Virus record (IMG/VR): IMGVR_UViG_2698536312_000012
Length of the DNA stretch: 12,391 bases
Reading direction: 5' to 3' (one strand)
Source of the DNA: a virus
Lineage: Duplodnaviria; Heunggongvirae; Uroviricota; Caudoviricetes
Each line of letters begins with the position of its first letter. Position 1 is the first letter of the stretch. Below are positions 7,544 to 12,391 of the stretch, one piece after another. The notes below the pieces were generated by a model. It was not told the DNA's origin. It was given only the letters and a program-made list of their open reading frames with translations, and made no database searches. A program made the position numbers and the translations under genes.

Positions 7544-8044
7544 ATGAAAAGAAAATCATTGTCAGACACCGACCTCAACGCCGCCAGAAGACTGAAAGAA
7601 ATCTGGATGGCAAAGAAATCTCAGTTGGGATTGACTCAGGAACGTGCGGCGGAAATTATGGGGTTTTCAACACAAGGGGCGGTAAGTCACTACCTAAATG
7701 GTCAAACCCCACTAAACCTTGAGGCTGTTCTAAAGTTTGCTGGCTTACTGAAAGTTCCCCCTGAGTCAATCAGGCCAGACATGGTAGATTTGCTGCAAAT
7801 TGCAAGGATGTATTGTCGAGAACCACAGCAAGATAACATAGTCGCATTACCAGCAGACACAGAACAAACAGAGGATGAACTACCGTTTGCCGTAGAGCCG
7901 ATGGAACGAGATTTAATCCATACGTTCAGAGCTTTTCCGAAAGAAGATCAAGAACACATGCTTCAGGAGATGAAAGATAAAAAAGAATCAATGGATCGTA
8001 CGGTTGCGCGGTGGTTAGCTGCACAAAAAGGCCGTCGCGCCTAA
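7544..8044 (+). CDS. paaR2: HTH (XRE-family) repressor, PaaR2-like regulator at the cI position
   Basis: HTH LTQERAAEIMGFSTQGAVSHYLNG; 166 aa from ATG 7544 (ORF track uses GTG 7514); first gene of a three-gene operon with antitoxin and ParE toxin; divergent from the Cro-like gene. Confidence 0.7.
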   Translation: MKRKSLSDTDLNAARRLKEIWMAKKSQLGLTQERAAEIMGFSTQGAVSHYLNGQTPLNLEAVLKFAGLLKVPPESIRPDMVDLLQIARMYCREPQQDNIVALPADTEQTEDELPFAVEPMERDLIHTFRAFPKEDQEHMLQEMKDKKESMDRTVARWLAAQKGRRA

Positions 8045-8063
8045 ATCAGAGGAGATATGTAAA

Positions 8064-8258
8064 ATGAGTACAGTCCTTTCCCCAATGGTTTCAGAATTTG
8101 AGACAGTTGAGCAAGAAAATAGTTACAACGAATGGCTGCGGGCCAAAGTAGCAGCAAGCCTCGCGGATCCCCGCCCGGCGATTCCGCATGATGAGGTAAT
8201 GGCGGAAATGGAACAAATTATTGCCCAAATTGCTGCTGCAACTCACAGAGGTGAATAA
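8064..8258 (+). CDS. paaA2: Small antitoxin (PaaA2-like) of the ParE toxin
   Basis: 64 aa; AGGAGA SD 9 nt upstream; stop overlaps the toxin start (TAATG); acidic, helix-prone sequence typical of antitoxins. Confidence 0.75.
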   Translation: MSTVLSPMVSEFETVEQENSYNEWLRAKVAASLADPRPAIPHDEVMAEMEQIIAQIAAATHRGE

Positions 8259-8548
8259 TGTTACCCGTTTTATGGCTACCATCTGCTCGTGATGATTTGC
8301 GCCAGATCGTAGCCTACATAGCTAAAGAAAATCCCGCGGCAGCACGCAGAATGAAAATTCGAATTGAAACATCCGTTTTGCCGCTCACAGAGCATCCTTA
8401 CCTGTATCCTCCAAGCGAGCGAGTTCTTGGTCTTCGTGAAATTGTAACTCATCCTAACTACATCATCCTTTACCGAGTAACAGCATCAAGCATAGAAGTA
8501 GTAAATATTGTGCATTCTCGAAGACAGTATCCAGGCAAAAACAGTTAA
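8258..8548 (+). CDS. parE2: ParE/RelE-superfamily toxin (ParE2-like)
   Basis: 96 aa; ParE-like segments WLPSARDDLRQIVAYIAKENPAAARRM and EVVNIVHSRRQYP; translationally coupled to the upstream antitoxin. Confidence 0.85.
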   Translation: MLPVLWLPSARDDLRQIVAYIAKENPAAARRMKIRIETSVLPLTEHPYLYPPSERVLGLREIVTHPNYIILYRVTASSIEVVNIVHSRRQYPGKNS

Positions 8549-8564
8549 TTATTCCCGCCGACAG

Positions 8565-8587
8565 AACCACCTTAGGGTGGTTTTTTC
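8565..8587 (+). terminator. Rho-independent terminator of the repressor-antitoxin-toxin operon
   Basis: 7-bp stem aaccacc / ggtggtt with loop ttag, followed by a T-run (tttttt). Confidence 0.7.
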
Positions 8588-8603
8588 TTGCCCCAACAAA
8601 AAC

Positions 8604-8647
8604 AATAGCGATGCTATTTACATCAAAAAATAATGATGCTATTTTTT
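8604..8647. promoter_or_regulatory. Second operator cluster (two sites) with candidate rightward promoter for the ydfA-dicF-dicB operon
   Basis: aATAGCgatgCTATTt (8604-8619) and aATAAtgatgCTATTt (8630-8645), same ATAG-N5-CTAT motif as at 7469-7533; TTTACA-17-TATTTT overlaps the second site. Confidence 0.5.
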
Positions 8648-8824
8648 CAGGCGTCAACCCACCCCGCCCCACAGAATGCAGGGCAATACTTCGAGTTACC
8701 AGACAGTGGTCAGGGGTTAAGTAGCCAGCCCGAGGCGTAAGAACATGACGGCAGGGTTCAATCTTTAACTATGCAGCAGGTTTTTTGTTCCGCCACCCCG
8801 GCGTTAAGGGGAAATGAGGTCAGC

Positions 8825-8977
8825 ATGGATACTATCGATCTTGGCAACAACGAATCTCTGGTGTGCGGCGTGTTCCCTAACCAGGATGGAACGTTTACCG
8901 CCATGACGTATACCAAAAGCAAAACGTTTAAAACCGAATCTGGCGCGCGTTGCTGGTTAGCCAGAAACACTGACTGA
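8825..8977 (+). CDS. ydfA: YdfA-like small protein (Qin-type dicB operon, first gene)
   Basis: ATG 8825 with GAGGT SD 5 nt upstream; 50 aa (MDTIDLGNNESLVCGVFPNQDGTFTAMTYTKSK...); the ORF track 5' extension from 8771 lacks an RBS. Confidence 0.6.
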   Translation: MDTIDLGNNESLVCGVFPNQDGTFTAMTYTKSKTFKTESGARCWLARNTD

Positions 8978-8988
8978 TGAGGCTGACG

Positions 8989-9354
8989 ATGGAATTTAAA
9001 GATTTACCGTCTGATGTACAGAAAACAGCAGCTCATACATTGCATTCTGTGCTGCGAGAAATCGGGAAAGATATTGCAAGCGAGCCAGCAAAAGATCTGG
9101 CCCGGAAAATCAAGACCGCTTTCGTTGAGCTTTATAATGTTGGCACTGACTCTGAAACTGTCGAGACCAAGACCGTAAGTTCACCAATATTCTCACTTGA
9201 GCCAAGCGTATTATCAGGTGAAATATGCACCGAGATTTCCAGCGAACTGCTTCCGGTAATACGAGAAGCAATTCGCCGTCGCGGTTTGGATGGAAGTTAT
9301 GATCATGACGTTCTGCAAGTTCTCAGGACAATGGTGACTTCACTGGGGATTTGA
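8989..9354 (+). CDS. Hypothetical protein (Qin ydfB/ydfC-region equivalent)
   Basis: ATG 8989 with GAGG SD; 121 aa; follows the ydfA-like gene by 12 nt; alternative start ATG 8977. Confidence 0.55.
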   Translation: MEFKDLPSDVQKTAAHTLHSVLREIGKDIASEPAKDLARKIKTAFVELYNVGTDSETVETKTVSSPIFSLEPSVLSGEICTEISSELLPVIREAIRRRGLDGSYDHDVLQVLRTMVTSLGI

Positions 9355-9523
9355 TCCCTGCGTCCTCTAAGCTTTTGATATAGCGGTCCTCCAAGAAGCG
9401 GTAAATTTTGTCGAAATCATCTTTTCCCTCTGGTTTATTCAGAGGATTACAGGACCCGTAAGTAGCGGCATACATTTCAACCGTTTTATCAAAAATATAA
9501 GAGACAAATTCTTCTTTAGTCAT
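9323..9523 (-). CDS. Candidate small protein (66 aa) convergent with and overlapping the upstream plus-strand gene
   Basis: ATG 9523 preceded by AAGGAAATCTAT (good SD); protein-like composition (MTKEEFVSYIFDKTVEMYAATYG...); overlaps 9323-9354 of the plus-strand gene, so it remains uncertain. Confidence 0.3.
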   Translation of the reverse strand: MTKEEFVSYIFDKTVEMYAATYGSCNPLNKPEGKDDFDKIYRFLEDRYIKSLEDAGIKSPVKSPLS

Positions 9524-9708
9524 ATAGATTTCCTTCTTGGTTATTCGGGATAAGAAGGATACCACCTCGCCTGACGTGGTTAAAAGCAGGCACACAACGC
9601 GAAATGACGCGGCGGTAAGTATGGCGGAGTTATTCCTTCCCCGTTGAGGACACCGGGTTGTCAGGTTGACCATACGCTTAAGTGACAACCACGCCACAAC
9701 ACTCCATG

Positions 9709-9764
9709 TTGATTGGTACCTTTGGCGGCATCAGTTTCATTGCTGGCTGATGTCCGCCCTTTTT
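9709..9764 (+). ncRNA. dicF: DicF-like small RNA with intrinsic terminator
   Basis: tttggcggcatcagtttcattgctggctgatgtccgccctttttaaagtgaattttgtgatg closely resembles my recollection of K-12 DicF and its 3' flank; hairpin GGCGGCATCAG / CTGATGtCCGCC followed by a T-run; located between the ydfA-like gene and dicB as in Qin. Confidence 0.7.
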
Positions 9765-10060
9765 AAAGTGAATTTTGTGATGCGGTGAATGCGGCTCAGC
9801 GCACGCGGCACAGTTAAAAAGCGATTAGTTCCCCCGTATCGGGTGGTTATGGGTTTCCCTGTATCCGGCGTTAATTGTTAACTGGTTAACGTCACCTGGA
9901 GGCACCAGGCACCGCATCAACAAAGTTCACTTCGGTGATGAAAGGAAAGAGAAAATGTTGAATGTAGCTATTGAAAACCAGAACGGGTGGAATTATAGTG
10001 CACCTGCACCTTATAAAACGGGTGCCGGGCGTGGAAACCCGAACGTTACTCGAGCGCATA

Positions 10061-10082
10061 GCCGCGCTGAAGCGGTTTTTTT
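10061..10082 (+). terminator. Candidate intrinsic terminator or attenuator hairpin in the Rha leader
   Basis: agCCGCgctgaaGCGG followed by seven T; additional flanking complementarity cgcata / tatgcg; short stem, so weak. Confidence 0.3.
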
Positions 10083-10251
10083 ATGCGTAATGCACAGCTC
10101 CATTCAAATTATGGTGGGATGTGCAGGGCAGTCGCAAGACTGGCCGGGTTCTCGAGTGACCGGTATTTCCACCCCTGTACGTCACACCACCCTTATGGTC
10201 GTGGAAAACCTCGGTGGTGAGTTAATTAACTTATCACTCGAGGATGCCATC

Positions 10252-10809
10252 ATGGCTACTATCCCTGCCCTTTCTCACCCTGACGTAACCATCGAAAATG
10301 GTCGCGCTGTCACTACGTCTATTGCGATCGCAGAGTTCTTTGGCAAGCGTCACGACAATGTGTTACGTGCCATCGCAAATACTGAATGCTCACCTGAATT
10401 TAACGCCCTCAATTTTGAGGACGTCACCTACACTGACGCCAAAGGCGAAAAACGCCCGATGTACCAAATCACCAAAAACGGCTTCGTTTTCCTGGTGATG
10501 GGATTCACTGGCAAAAAAGCCGCTGCATTTAAAGAAGCCTACATTGCTGAGTTCGATCGCATGGAGGCCGAACTGCGCCAGAATAACACCCCACCCACTG
10601 ACAAAATAATTCCAGGCGATGGCCGCACCCTGGTTGTTCACTTCGACGAACGCGGCAACATCAGATTCACCGAAACCGTTCCTGATGGCGCACGGGTCTG
10701 TACCATGGAGACTTTCCGGTTTTATCTGGAAGAACAGGGATGGACTCTTGTTAACCGGGGCGCAATTAAAAATATGACTGTAGAGCAATTACTCAAAATT
10801 CATTGTTGA
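10252..10809 (+). CDS. rha: Rha-family phage regulatory protein
   Basis: Rha-like segment AIAEFFGKRHDNVLRAIAN...MYQITKNGFVFLVMGFTGKKAAAFKEAYIAEFDRME; ATG 10252 with AGGA SD 7 nt upstream puts the domain near the N-terminus. The same frame is open back to an ATG at 9955 with a strong SD (AGGAAAGAG), so a 284-aa form is possible. Confidence 0.7.
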   Translation: MATIPALSHPDVTIENGRAVTTSIAIAEFFGKRHDNVLRAIANTECSPEFNALNFEDVTYTDAKGEKRPMYQITKNGFVFLVMGFTGKKAAAFKEAYIAEFDRMEAELRQNNTPPTDKIIPGDGRTLVVHFDERGNIRFTETVPDGARVCTMETFRFYLEEQGWTLVNRGAIKNMTVEQLLKIHC

Positions 10810-10819
10810 GGACGCGATA

Positions 10820-11008
10820 ATGGAAACGTTATTACCAAACGTTAATACGACTGAAGGTTGTTTTGAAATTGGTGTCACTATCAGTAACCCTGTATTTACT
10901 GAAGATGCCATTAACAAGAGAAAACACGAACGGGAGCTATTAAATAAAATATGCATTGTTTCAATGCTGGCTCGTTTGCGTCTGATGCAAAAAGGATGCT
11001 GGCGATGA
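10820..11008 (+). CDS. dicB: DicB cell-division inhibitor
   Basis: 62 aa (METLLPNVNTTEGCFEIGVTISNPVFTEDAINKRK...CIVSMLARLRLM) matching my recollection of DicB; GAGGA SD 7 nt upstream; stop overlaps the next start (ATGA). Confidence 0.8.
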   Translation: METLLPNVNTTEGCFEIGVTISNPVFTEDAINKRKHERELLNKICIVSMLARLRLMQKGCWR

Positions 11009-11196
11009 ATACAGCATTTGCACTCGTTCTGACCGTTATTCTTAATACGGGCGAACCAGCTGAACTGGTTACCGGAGTATACAACTCCATGAAAGAATGC
11101 GTGGCTGCTGCAGCTGAACAGAAAATTCCCGGTAACTGTTATCCGGTTGATAAAATCATTCACCAGGATAATAAAGAAGTCCCGGCAGGTCTTTAA
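11005..11196 (+). CDS. ydfD: YdfD-like small lysis-associated protein
   Basis: 63 aa with N-terminal hydrophobic segment (MNTAFALVLTVILNTGEP...) and conserved KIPGNCYPVDKIIHQDN; AAGGA SD 8 nt upstream; ATGA overlap with dicB. Confidence 0.75.
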   Translation: MNTAFALVLTVILNTGEPAELVTGVYNSMKECVAAAAEQKIPGNCYPVDKIIHQDNKEVPAGL

Positions 11197-11300
11197 AGCA
11201 GCCACGTAATAAATATCCGGTTTCATTTTTATATGCCAGCAATGGCAGGGATTTGTTCACCCTTAAATCTGTAATGAGGTTAAAACAAAATGAGTNNAAA

Positions 11301-12362
11301 ATGAGTAAAGTCTTTATTTGCGCCGCCATTCCGGACGAAAAGGCAACAAAAGAAGAAGGCGCTAAACCTGTAGCCACTGCCATTGAAGCCGGCGACGAAC
11401 GCCGCGCCCGCGCAAAATTTCACTGGCAATTCCTGGAACATTATCCGGCTGCTCAGGACTGCGCTTATAAATTTATTGTCTGCGAGGATAAACCTGGTAT
11501 ACCCCGCCCTGCCCTCGATTCCTGGGATGCTGAATATATGCAGGAAAACCGCTGGGATGAGGAGTCTGCTTCCTTTGTCCCGGTTGAGACTGAATCCGAA
11601 CCGATGAACGTCACTTTTGACAAGCTGGCCCCTGAAGTACAGAACGCTGTCATGGTTAAGTTCGACACATGTGAAAACATCACCGTTGATATGGTGATTA
11701 GCGCGCAGGAACTGTTGCAGGAAGACATGGCAACATTCGACGGACATATCGTTGAAGCGTTGATGAAAATGCCAGAAGTTAACGCCATGTGTCCGGAGAT
11801 TAAACTGCATGCCATCGGGTGGATTAAGCATAAATGTAAGCCTGGTGCAAAATGGCCAGAAATTCAGGCAGAGATGCGCATCTGGAAAAAATGTCGCGAA
11901 GGTGAACGCAAGGAAACCGGAAAATACACGTCTGTTGTTGATCTCGCCCGTGCCAGAGCCAATCAACAGCACACTGAAAATTCAACAGGAAAAATCAGCC
12001 CGGCCATTGCTGCCATTCATCGCGAATACAAGCAGACATGGAAAACACTGGATGACGAACTGGCCTACGCTCTCTGGCCTGGTGATGTGGATGCCGGAAA
12101 CATTGACGGCAGCATCCATCGCTGGGCAAAAAATGAAGTTATCGACAACGACCGCGAAGACTGGAAGCGTATCTCGGCATCAATGCGCAAACAGCCTGAT
12201 GCCCTTCGCTACGACCGCCAGACTATTTTTGGCCTTGTCCGTGAACGTCCGATCGACATTCACAAAGACCCTGTGGCACTGAACAAATACATTACTGAAT
12301 ACCTGACTACAAAGGGCGTGTTTGAAGATGAAGGAACAAATCAGAGCGCAACTGATACTTGA
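11301..12362 (+). CDS. Hypothetical 353-aa phage protein (YdfE-like, intact form)
   Basis: Long ORF with protein-like composition; start ATG 11301 (MSKVFICAAIPDEK) preferred; the upstream in-frame ATGs (11253, 11274) lack an RBS and the stretch contains two N bases (11296-11297). Confidence 0.65.
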   Translation: MSKVFICAAIPDEKATKEEGAKPVATAIEAGDERRARAKFHWQFLEHYPAAQDCAYKFIVCEDKPGIPRPALDSWDAEYMQENRWDEESASFVPVETESEPMNVTFDKLAPEVQNAVMVKFDTCENITVDMVISAQELLQEDMATFDGHIVEALMKMPEVNAMCPEIKLHAIGWIKHKCKPGAKWPEIQAEMRIWKKCREGERKETGKYTSVVDLARARANQQHTENSTGKISPAIAAIHREYKQTWKTLDDELAYALWPGDVDAGNIDGSIHRWAKNEVIDNDREDWKRISASMRKQPDALRYDRQTIFGLVRERPIDIHKDPVALNKYITEYLTTKGVFEDEGTNQSATDT

Positions 12363-12391
12363 GGTGTACTGGCAATAGCGGACACTACCAT

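Noticed and set aside
7514-7722. GTG start at 7514 for the repressor, and nested ORF 7540-7722
   Set aside because: ATG 7544 gives a conventional N-terminus; the nested ORF is out of frame with a confident HTH protein.
8091-8672. Minus-strand ORFs 8091-8282 and 8463-8672
   Set aside because: Antisense to the antitoxin/toxin genes and across the terminator/operator region; no RBS.
8758-8970. Minus-strand ORF 8758-8970 antisense to the ydfA-like gene
   Set aside because: The plus-strand gene has an SD and matches a remembered family; the antisense ORF has neither.
10298-11226. ORFs 10298-10498 (plus), 10390-10788 (minus), 10789-11226 (minus), 10951-11004 (plus 5' extension)
   Set aside because: Nested in or antisense to rha, dicB and ydfD; the ydfD extension from 10951 lacks an RBS, whereas ATG 11005 has AAGGA plus stop-start coupling.
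11156-12282. Minus-strand ORFs 11156-11383, 11280-11972, 11465-11815 and plus alternate-frame ORFs 11383-11607, 11809-12282
   Set aside because: All overlap the 353-aa plus-strand ORF, which is the longest and most protein-like; the alternatives are Ser/Cys/Phe-rich or lack starts.
1-12391. CRISPR arrays, tRNA/rRNA genes, IS elements or attachment-site repeats
   Set aside because: No regularly spaced repeat-spacer structure, no tRNA-like cloverleaf region, and no transposase-like ORF or terminal inverted repeats were seen. The only periodic repeats are the iterons and operators reported above.

Overview
Lambdoid (Rac/CP-933P-like plus Qin-like) enterobacterial prophage segment, read from sequence only. 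Three N-runs (94-951, 3796-4052, 11296-11297) hide parts of two genes. Minus strand, transcribed right to left from a divergent operator region near 7460-7543: Cro-like HTH (YdaS-like), CII-analog (YdaT-like), O-like replication initiator with internal iteron arrays (candidate ori), DnaC-like ATPase, three poorly characterised small proteins, then a more AT-rich cargo pair consisting of a gamma-class N6-adenine DNA methyltransferase translationally coupled to a partially masked downstream gene. Plus strand: HTH repressor, small antitoxin and ParE toxin (PaaR2-PaaA2-ParE2-like three-gene module), terminator, a second operator cluster with the same motif, then a Qin-like dicB operon (ydfA-like, hypothetical, DicF-like sRNA, Rha-family gene, dicB, ydfD, and a 353-aa YdfE-like protein). 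No rRNA, tRNA, CRISPR array or IS element was recognised. The best candidate for an undescribed or under-described system is the methyltransferase cargo module at 26-3060, possibly extending to the zinc-ribbon and masked small genes up to 4095. All family assignments rest on motif recognition and remembered sequences, not on database searches.
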